From positions 401,001-465,000 of the forward strand of contig RHPI01003041.1 of assembly GCA_009103225.1 (NCBI GenBank): a stretch of DNA of 64,000 nt. Direction: 5' to 3'. Numbering within the stretch: the first letter of the stretch is position 1; each line of letters begins with the position of its first letter. Of this stretch, positions 56,611 to 64,000 are shown in pieces. The position numbers and the translations under genes are program-made. This stretch comes from Chlorokybus atmophyticus. Lineage: Eukaryota > Plantae > Mesostigma and Chlorokybus algae. The notes below the pieces were generated by a model. It saw only the letters and a program-made list of their open reading frames with translations. It made no database searches and was not told where the DNA came from.

Positions 56611-59600
56611 CTACCGACTGTGTGGGGGACCGTTGATGCGGCAGTCATCACACCAGTACTCCCACAAGGGTACTGCGTCCAGTGGAGGGTCAAGGGAGTA
56701 GCAGTGCATGCCTTGATTACAGCTATCGCATAACATCATCAATGGGTCGTCGTCGGCGCTGCCACACTTCTCGCATCGGGTGCTGCGCAGCGGACGCGGG
56801 TGCTGGATCTGGGCGAAGCCAGCAATGTAGGGGAGATGACAGGGCGCACAGTTGACCATGTTGTCCTTCATGCGCTCGCCTCGTTGTCCCAACAGGTCCA
56901 GTACCCCTGTGGGGTGCACCTTCAATACCTTGTAAACAGCACGCCCGACGGAGGTATCGAGGGTGTCGCGTGTGGACGCCATACGGTAGACGAAGTCTCC
57001 TGACTCGAAGCGGCGCTCCCGCTCCTTGTAGAAACCACTGCGCACACGCTCATAACGCAGCGTGTCGCGGTGCTGCGCGATGCGCAGGTTGTTGAAGGCC
57101 ATGGGGACTGTGTGTTCGAACAGCGCACTGCGCACTGTCAGATCATACAACATCTCGTCGGGGTTATCGAGATTGTCCACCACTCTGTCGACCTCCTGCT
57201 GTGCGCGGAAAGGGAGCAGTGGCTGCCTTCCGAACAGTAGATAGTATGGGCTGTACTCTCGCAGGGCTGCCTGCTTGGACAGCCGGTAGCCCATTGCTAC
57301 CCATGGGAGGTGATCATCCCAGGTATTCTTCTCGTAGGCAAGGACGTACTTGCGCAGTGCCTTCTTGATGGTCTGCACGGTACGTTCGGCGAGGCCGTCG
57401 GCCTGCGGGTGGTCGCGTGAGGTGCGACGGTGGTCGATGAAGCATCTGTCGATAAGCTTGTCGAAGGCTCCTCTGAACTCCGTACCCTGGTCGGTGATGA
57501 CTTCAGCGCAGCTGCCGAAGCGTCCGAGTACATGGGAGAGGAAAGCCTGGGCTACTCCCTCACTGCTCTTGTCGGGCAGGGGCACCAGCTCCACCCACTT
57601 GGAGAAGTGCTCGATCATGACGAGGATGTAGCGGTTGCCTCGCGCTGAGGGCGCTAGGTCTCCGAGGATGTCCAGTCCCCAGCGGTAGAACAACCCGGAA
57701 ATGGGAAGGGGATGCAAGGTGGCATTGCGCGTGTTGAGGCTGGCGCGAACCATGTCACACTGCTGACAGTTGCTGACGAACTCCCGCACCTGTCTGTGCA
57801 CCCCATACCACCAGTACTGGGTCCTGACCAGGCTGACCGTGCGCTTGACACCGAAGTGCCCGAGCTCGGTGTGAAGGGAGGAGATGATGCCTTCACGTGC
57901 AGCTGGTGTGGGGACCTCCTGATCTGCATCTTGTATCCGTCGATACAGCCTGTCGTTGGCCCAGCGGTAACGCTGAGTGCGTTGCCGGACGCGGTCCTTC
58001 TCGCGTGCGCTCATGCCTGCTGGAAGTTGTCCAGTCTGAAGCAGTGCGAGCGATGGCTCGTCCAGCCAGATGTCTTGTCGTGTGTCGGTGGGTGCCAGCT
58101 CCTCATCATCCACCTCAGGGTCGGCAGCGATTGCTTCTTCTGATAAAGGATCGGTGGTGGTGATGGCGGGCTCGAGAGCGGGCATGTCCCCGTCTGCTGC
58201 TGCCTCAGCGATCTGAGTCCTGCGTCCTGAGCGTAGCGCAGCGACAGCGAACATGGTGGCCACACCTGAAGGTGCAGCTGTAGGACCCAACTCATGTCGG
58301 GCGCCTGTGGCGTCGTTGGTGCTGAGGTGGGGGTTACGGCTGAGGCCATCCGCATCCTGGTTGGCAAGGCCTGCGCGGTGTTCCACCTCGAAGTCGTACT
58401 CCTGGAGCAGCAGCGCCCATCGTGCTAACTTTCCTGTCAAGTGCTGGTTGTTCATTAACCACTTGAGGGGTTGATGGTCAGTGACCAGTTGGAACTGCCG
58501 TCCAAACAGGAAGGGTCGGAAGAAGGAGATGGCCCACACTGCGGCGAGACACTCCCCTTCGTAGCTGCTGTAGTTGGCCTCAGCACTGTTGTTGCTGCGG
58601 CTGGCGTACGACACTACGCGCTCCTTCTTGTTGTTGTCGTGCTGTACGAGCACGGCCCCCATGCCGAGCTTGCTCCAGTCCGTGTGCAGGATGAACGACC
58701 TGGTGTAGTCAGGGCGTTGCAGATTGGGAGCTGTGGTGAGGCGGAGCTTCAGCTCCTGAAAGGCCTCCTGTTGTGCCTCCTTCCACAAGAACTCGGTGTC
58801 CTTCTTCAGTAGTTCGTTGAGAGGCCTTGCGATCTTGGCAAAGTCTTTGACAAACCGTCGGTAATAGTTGGCAAGGCCGAGGAAGGCCCGCAGTCGCGTG
58901 AGGTCTGTGGGGGCAGGGATAGCCACCAGTGCTTCCACTTTGGCCTGCTGTACGTACACACCATGGGGCACAATCATATGTCCTAGGTAGGGTACCTTGT
59001 GGGTGAAGAAGGTGCACTTGTCAGGGTGCACCGTCATCCCGACTTCCTTCAGCCTCTGTAGCACCTCTTCGATGTGCTGGAGATGCTCCTCATTGCTGTG
59101 ACTGAAGATGAGGATGTCGTCGATGTAGCAGCGCGCGAAGTCCAACCCCTTGAGGGCTTTGTCCATGACGCGCTGGAACTTGGCCGGAGCGTTCTTCAGT
59201 CCGAAGGGCATGACCTTCCACTGGTACAGCTGCCGGTTTCCCCAGAAGGAAGTCTTGTGCTTGTCCTCCTCCTTGATGGCGATCTGGTTGTACCCTTGGC
59301 GCATATCCAGGATACTATAGACCGTGCAGTCTCCTACATCGTCAAAGATGCCTTCTGCGGTAGGCATCGGATACCTGTCCTGCTTGGTCTTGTTGTTGAG
59401 GGGGCGATAGTCGCCACACATGCGCCGGTCTGTCCAGTTGCCTGCTGAATCTTTCTTCAGGGGCATGACGGTCGCGGCCGCAAAGTCCGATGTGGACTCC
59501 TCGATCAGGCCTGCATCTAGCAGCGCCTTGCACCTCTGTTCCACCAAGTCTTCTTCTAGCTTGGAGAGGCGGTACTGTCTTCTGAACACCGGTTCGGTGT

Positions 59601-62600
59601 CCACTAGTTCAATGTCCATCTGATATGCTAAGCATATGCCCAGCTCCTTCACACTGAAACTGAATTGGCTCCTCCACTTGTTGAGGAGAGCCTCGAGTTG
59701 CTCTCGAGTCTGGCCTGTGGCCAGCGGTCCAATGGCGTGGGACCATGAGGTAGCGTTGGCGACCACTGGAATGTCTTCCACAGTAACTGCTGCCTGCTCC
59801 TCCATGTGGGCGGTCTCGAGGGCGGTGTGTGCTGCTTTGGTCTCTGAAAAGCGAGCAATCCACCCCCCAGCCAGGTGTTCGAGCTCCTGGAAGGACACAT
59901 GGCGGTCCTGGAGAGCAAAGCACATTTCCAAGTACCACACCATGCTGTTCTGATCCATGGCGCGCCCCAACAACTGACATTGTTGACTGGTTGTCAGCGT
60001 GGAGCCTGTGATGCTGCTTGGAAAGAATCCCATAGCACGCTCGCGCTCGCGGGCATTGGGTTCTTCCAGCTGTCCAGTGTTGGAGTCCAACACCATGCCG
60101 TCGCCTGCATTGCGGAACGCGTAGGAGCCTGGATAGGATACAAGTGTGGGTAGCGCGCGGCGCGGCTGACCAGGCTGGTTGCACTGGTAGAAGTGGTGGT
60201 GGTCAAGGCGTGTGACTGGTTGCGCTGTGCGTCCAGGGTCCAGGATGTCATCGACGACGAGATTTCGTGGCCGATTGCTGTATAGGTACTCTGCCAGAAA
60301 CAGGTCTTCCACAATGGCCAGGTTGGTCCACTTGGCGCGGACGCGGTGTGCGCGAGATCCATGACGCGCGGCGTTGATTTTGAGAGGATGCCCCAGCAAG
60401 GAGCATACTTGCCGATAGGCCTTGGCGACGTGATGCCGCTTGTCATCCTCGGAGTGCACATTCTCGATGATGTACCCCAAGGGTCTAGCGATCTGACTGG
60501 TCTGTAGGAGTTTGATGACTCTCATTAGCTCCCAGAACAGCTGTGAGCGAGGATCAGAGAGCCCTTGGCCTCTGCCTGCCCTGGAGTGCCCTTGACACTC
60601 CCATCCTGCTATCAGCAGGTCAATGTTGCCGACTGCCTGCAGGTGATCCTTGGTAATCCAGCGGATGTCCTGCGGCAGAGCCTTCTGGCTCCCTTGCAGT
60701 GCCGACAGCGGTAGCTGCTGCGGGTAGCGCTGGTGCAGCTGTCGTAAATGATGGCTCAGAGCCTCCTGTGCATGAGGGTCAGGGTCACAGTAGAGGTACT
60801 TGGTGACTGTTGTTCCTGTGTTGAGGACAGCCGCAAGCCCACTGCCTATGCCTCCGAACAGCTCCAGCACGGTGATGCCTTGTTGTCGGCGGAACATGTG
60901 GAACTCCACAACTCCCGTAGCTATGTGGTACTGCTCCTGCACTGTAGCCTGGTCTTTGTAGGCAGGGAAGTGTGCAGTGAGCTGAGGCCTGGTCAGCAGC
61001 ATGTGTGCTGCTACTTGTGCGCTCCAGCGACGCTCGGATGGCTCCTGAAAGGCCACTTCTTTGGTGACAGTCTCCTGAGACTCATCGTACGGTGTAGGGG
61101 AGTCCTCTTCAGCGTTTAGGCTCGGGCTCGAGCTCGTTGCAGTTGTCCTCGGCTGCGTTCGGGCACGAGGCACACGTGAGCTTTTTGTAAGACTGTAGGT
61201 GGCTGCTGCAGCCGATCTTCGTTGCGAGCGGTCCTTGGCCACCAGTTCGAGAGGTAGGAATCCCTGCTCCTCTCCATCGTCCTCATCCCAATGTGGTCGA
61301 AACCATGCCTGCTCAGTCCAGCAGTCCAGCCCCATGCCGACAGGGAAGTTGCAGTCCTGTCCCAACAGTAGGTCAAAGGACCCGGCATCGGTGACCACAC
61401 ACCTTTGTACAATCTCGGTGCTGTGGGAAGGGTTTAGTCCGGTGAGGCGGATGCTCACAGCCTGCTTGGTAAGGCCGAGTACCTTGTCGCGGTTGCCGGT
61501 TGCGGTGTCCAGCTGGTAGGGACAGGGAAGCAGCTCAGCGCTGGTGATGCCGAGATCTCGTGCGAGGTAGCGCCCAATGATGACAGGCTGTGCTCCAGTG
61601 TCCAGCATCACGCGTTTGGGTGCCCGCCCATTGACGGTCACGTGCTTGCCTTGGTTGGCGATCATGGCTGCATTGGCGTTGATGCGCAGCCTCTTGAAGC
61701 GACGGAACCTCTTGCGTGGAGAGACTGTTGCTTTACTCTCATCTGCGGGGCCTGACCGTAGGGCAGCCAGGGCTCCTCTGCCTGATGGATCTTGTGGGCC
61801 TCCTTGTCCTCGGCTTTGTCCAAACCGTCCTTGTCGCGGTTGCTGGTACACGCGTGGTGGCCTAGGCACTGGAGGTGCTGCTGCAACCTGTCCAAGTGGA
61901 GGTGCAGGAGGGTTGACCCTCTGTGCAGCTGTTGTCATGCCAGGAGGAGTGGCCAGTGGCTGTGGCGGGAACCCTGGAGGACCTGGTGTTTGCGGGACTG
62001 CCTCTCGTGCAGCCTGCTCCTCTGCATAGGTCCATCGCACAGCATGGGCTGCCTCTCTGACTAGTGTACCTTCCCATGTCGCCGTCGCATTGTTGTCCGC
62101 ATCTATATAGCGATGGTTCTGAGGCATGGGCTGCAGGTACACTGCGCGTAGGAGCCGCGCTCTCATGTCGTGGGTGATGGTGGGCACCCTGAGGATCCCT
62201 GCCATGTAAGCATCCCATCTGCCGTTGACCACTCCCACTTCCAGCACTGTTATTGCTCGTGTGCGTACAGTGAGGCGGGTCTCTGGCTGTTGGACATGCT
62301 GCTCGTAAGCAGCGGCGATGCGCCTGCGCTGACGTCCTGCCTCCACTCCTGGCAAACTCAGTATAGCCTCCAGAGCTCCCTCCAGAGTGTCAGTGGCGGC
62401 GGAAGCCACTTCATCATAGGCTTGCCGTATGGAGCGAAGGAATGCGTCCACCCACGCTATTCTGGCGCCGAAAGCGAACAACGGGACTGCGGGATGGTTG
62501 GTGACCAGCCACGTCACTAACCGTGCGCGTGCCGCGTTGCCATTGTCTCGCATCCCAAGCATCTGCCGAAGTCCGATGCCTTCTTGCCGATGCAGCATGG

Positions 62601-63960
62601 TTGCTTGTCGCAACAGAGCAGTGCGTAGTTGTTGCTCTCCAACCAGTCCTGCTCCATCTCTTTGTGTACACCCTTGTGGTGTAAGGTAGCCCCTCCCTGG
62701 CTCCCTTTGGTCCTCAGGTAGATCCTCCACCAGCGCAGGCAGCAGCGGGGCGATCACCCCCCTGGTTTGTTGAGCCAACGCCCTCGCTTGGTCAGAGTTG
62801 GTCTCGACGAAGAGCGGAGTGGTGCTGGAGGATGGACCAGCAGTTGGTGACTGAGGTATTGGTGCACGTGTAGCTTCAAGAGCTTGTTCACGTGCAGCAA
62901 TGGCGGCAGCTTGATCCTGTCGCCAATGATATGCTTGTTCCAGTGCGTGGTAGCGCTGATGAAGACGAGCGGTTGTAGGAGGTCCGAGTGCTTCATCAGT
63001 GCCCAAAGGCAGGTCGGCTGCGTCGGCGATTCGCTGCTGGATGGCGTCTCGGCGGTCCCGATACGTGTCCAACGGGCTGGGTTCAAAGGTGGTGGTTGGC
63101 ATGCGTGCAGGCTGGCGCGGGGCGGTCTGCATGTTGTTGTGCAACGCCCAGAACAGCTGCAGAGCCAACTCCAACACTACAGGTGGGCTGTAGCTCATCA
63201 AGAACACCCTGTCACGCATCGGAGGTGCAGTGCCAGCAAGGATCTCATCTTCTAACTGGTGTTGAGTGAGTGCTGGAAGGGTGTGAACCTCTGGCAGCGG
63301 GAAGACGCGATCATCGCGGGCGACACGCGTGGTGCGCTCCCCCCCCCGACCGAAGGCGATGGTAGTGGGGTCTGCTCCGCGCAGGATGGTTTCCCATGCT
63401 CGTTCAGCTTGCTGACCAGTTGGGACAGCCTGAGTGACGTCGAGAGCGGGCAGACTGGCTGCGCGCATCGCTGCAGAGACAGCGGGCTCGACGATGGCCA
63501 TTGTGGCAGTTGCGACGGTATCGGTCAGTGGTGCGAGAGTTGTCTCAACGCCCCCGGACAGAGGCGCTGCTGCAGTGGGAAGTGCACCGCCCACTGGCGC
63601 AGATTCGGTAGTGATGGCGGCTGCTGCCAGTGTGCTCACCAGCGTCCGCGTCACGGTGCCCACCGGTGTACCAGGTCGTGGTGCAACTGGAGTGGATAAT
63701 GCTGACGTTGATGGAGTCGACGTTGTAGCCGGTGTGGCTGTTGCTGCGGAGGCAGCACCACTGGTGGCTTCGGAGGAGGTGCCTGCTGATGTTGTTGCAG
63801 CTTCCCCTCGTGCTCGTCGCGATGGTTGCACGCGGGACGGAGTGTTCCTGTCTCTCTCGCGTTTTGCAGCCATCAGCGCCCATCGGGCCATGTAGCAGGC
63901 GCAGTAGTCCTGCTCCTTGTCTTCCTCCAAGCGTGCCATGCGTGCCATTAGGGCTGCCAT
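56611..63960 (-). CDS. Ty3/Gypsy Gag-Pol polyprotein with internal C5 cytosine DNA methyltransferase and C-terminal PHD finger (2449 aa, frame open to the window edge)
   Basis: Protease VMLDTGA (~61600); C5-MTase ~59900-60880 with ELFGGIG, AGWECQGHS, YIIENV, RAHRVRAKWTNL, RERERAMGF, LLGRAMD; RT RMCGDYRPLN, VMPFGLKNAP, CYIDD (59116-59127); RNase H LHTDWS..GAVL, EGECLA, TDHQPL; integrase H..GH..C..C with D(GLD)-D(TDQG)-E(AER); PHD 56641-56775. Confidence 0.95.
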   Translation of the reverse strand: MAALMARMARLEEDKEQDYCACYMARWALMAAKRERDRNTPSRVQPSRRARGEAATTSAGTSSEATSGAASAATATPATTSTPSTSALSTPVAPRPGTPVGTVTRTLVSTLAAAAITTESAPVGGALPTAAAPLSGGVETTLAPLTDTVATATMAIVEPAVSAAMRAASLPALDVTQAVPTGQQAERAWETILRGADPTTIAFGRGGERTTRVARDDRVFPLPEVHTLPALTQHQLEDEILAGTAPPMRDRVFLMSYSPPVVLELALQLFWALHNNMQTAPRQPARMPTTTFEPSPLDTYRDRRDAIQQRIADAADLPLGTDEALGPPTTARLHQRYHALEQAYHWRQDQAAAIAAREQALEATRAPIPQSPTAGPSSSTTPLFVETNSDQARALAQQTRGVIAPLLPALVEDLPEDQREPGRGYLTPQGCTQRDGAGLVGEQQLRTALLRQATMLHRQEGIGLRQMLGMRDNGNAARARLVTWLVTNHPAVPLFAFGARIAWVDAFLRSIRQAYDEVASAATDTLEGALEAILSLPGVEAGRQRRRIAAAYEQHVQQPETRLTVRTRAITVLEVGVVNGRWDAYMAGILRVPTITHDMRARLLRAVYLQPMPQNHRYIDADNNATATWEGTLVREAAHAVRWTYAEEQAAREAVPQTPGPPGFPPQPLATPPGMTTAAQRVNPPAPPLGQVAAAPPVPRPPRVYQQPRQGRFGQSRGQGGPQDPSGRGALAALRSGPADESKATVSPRKRFRRFKRLRINANAAMIANQGKHVTVNGRAPKRVMLDTGAQPVIIGRYLARDLGITSAELLPCPYQLDTATGNRDKVLGLTKQAVSIRLTGLNPSHSTEIVQRCVVTDAGSFDLLLGQDCNFPVGMGLDCWTEQAWFRPHWDEDDGEEQGFLPLELVAKDRSQRRSAAAATYSLTKSSRVPRARTQPRTTATSSSPSLNAEEDSPTPYDESQETVTKEVAFQEPSERRWSAQVAAHMLLTRPQLTAHFPAYKDQATVQEQYHIATGVVEFHMFRRQQGITVLELFGGIGSGLAAVLNTGTTVTKYLYCDPDPHAQEALSHHLRQLHQRYPQQLPLSALQGSQKALPQDIRWITKDHLQAVGNIDLLIAGWECQGHSRAGRGQGLSDPRSQLFWELMRVIKLLQTSQIARPLGYIIENVHSEDDKRHHVAKAYRQVCSLLGHPLKINAARHGSRAHRVRAKWTNLAIVEDLFLAEYLYSNRPRNLVVDDILDPGRTAQPVTRLDHHHFYQCNQPGQPRRALPTLVSYPGSYAFRNAGDGMVLDSNTGQLEEPNARERERAMGFFPSSITGSTLTTSQQCQLLGRAMDQNSMVWYLEMCFALQDRHVSFQELEHLAGGWIARFSETKAAHTALETAHMEEQAAVTVEDIPVVANATSWSHAIGPLATGQTREQLEALLNKWRSQFSFSVKELGICLAYQMDIELVDTEPVFRRQYRLSKLEEDLVEQRCKALLDAGLIEESTSDFAAATVMPLKKDSAGNWTDRRMCGDYRPLNNKTKQDRYPMPTAEGIFDDVGDCTVYSILDMRQGYNQIAIKEEDKHKTSFWGNRQLYQWKVMPFGLKNAPAKFQRVMDKALKGLDFARCYIDDILIFSHSNEEHLQHIEEVLQRLKEVGMTVHPDKCTFFTHKVPYLGHMIVPHGVYVQQAKVEALVAIPAPTDLTRLRAFLGLANYYRRFVKDFAKIARPLNELLKKDTEFLWKEAQQEAFQELKLRLTTAPNLQRPDYTRSFILHTDWSKLGMGAVLVQHDNNKKERVVSYASRSNNSAEANYSSYEGECLAAVWAISFFRPFLFGRQFQLVTDHQPLKWLMNNQHLTGKLARWALLLQEYDFEVEHRAGLANQDADGLSRNPHLSTNDATGARHELGPTAAPSGVATMFAVAALRSGRRTQIAEAAADGDMPALEPAITTTDPLSEEAIAADPEVDDEELAPTDTRQDIWLDEPSLALLQTGQLPAGMSAREKDRVRQRTQRYRWANDRLYRRIQDADQEVPTPAAREGIISSLHTELGHFGVKRTVSLVRTQYWWYGVHRQVREFVSNCQQCDMVRASLNTRNATLHPLPISGLFYRWGLDILGDLAPSARGNRYILVMIEHFSKWVELVPLPDKSSEGVAQAFLSHVLGRFGSCAEVITDQGTEFRGAFDKLIDRCFIDHRRTSRDHPQADGLAERTVQTIKKALRKYVLAYEKNTWDDHLPWVAMGYRLSKQAALREYSPYYLLFGRQPLLPFRAQQEVDRVVDNLDNPDEMLYDLTVRSALFEHTVPMAFNNLRIAQHRDTLRYERVRSGFYKERERRFESGDFVYRMASTRDTLDTSVGRAVYKVLKVHPTGVLDLLGQRGERMKDNMVNCAPCHLPYIAGFAQIQHPRPLRSTRCEKCGSADDDPLMMLCDSCNQGMHCYSLDPPLDAVPLWEYWCDDCRINGPPHSR

Positions 63961-64000
63961 ATGGTCATCAGCTGGTGGGTTGGCTGAAGCCTTGGCTGAA

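Larger units (their letters stand above)
55806..64000 (-). mobile_element. Ty3/Gypsy LTR retrotransposon carrying a DNA methyltransferase (5' end beyond the window)
   Basis: PR-RT-RH-INT order, PPT just after the stop codon and a candidate 3' LTR; no stops or frameshifts over 7.35 kb. Confidence 0.9.

Noticed and set aside
56800-63895. Numerous 60-190 aa ORFs overlapping the polyprotein
   Set aside because: Shadow ORFs of a GC-rich coding sequence, with no independent motifs.

Overview
Eukaryotic, intron-rich genomic DNA, most likely from a green alga. An early-diverging streptophyte/charophyte is my inference, from a plastid-type LPD, a BTA1 betaine-lipid synthase and a DNMT-bearing Ty3/Gypsy element. 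Spliced host genes: the 3' end of a Pumilio/PUF gene (+), an EXS-only membrane protein (+), plastid dihydrolipoamide dehydrogenase (-), MCM2 (-) head-to-head with TOP3A (+) across a 640-bp promoter carrying an inverted pair of E2F sites, BTA1 (-), and a secreted G8/CEMIP-like beta-helix protein with a C-terminal malectin domain (-). The right end holds the standout element: an uninterrupted 2449-aa Ty3/Gypsy polyprotein with the order Gag-protease-C5 cytosine DNA methyltransferase-RT-RNaseH-integrase-PHD finger, i.e. a retrotransposon carrying its own chromatin writer and reader. Just to its left is a complete 525-bp TRIM (79-bp LTRs, AATGG target-site duplication, PPT) whose 5'LTR/internal junction forms a tRNA-spaced A-box/B-box pair. 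Also present: a TA-flanked MITE, a perfect 5x125-bp tandem array with exon-like splice signals, weak relics of possible KDZ/Zisupton-like, hAT-like and REL-LINE-like elements, and assembly artefacts (poly-C+N joins, a 107-N gap, a 223-bp TOP3A copy next to an N inside an MCM2 intron). All domain calls come from reading motifs by eye; no database searches were run.
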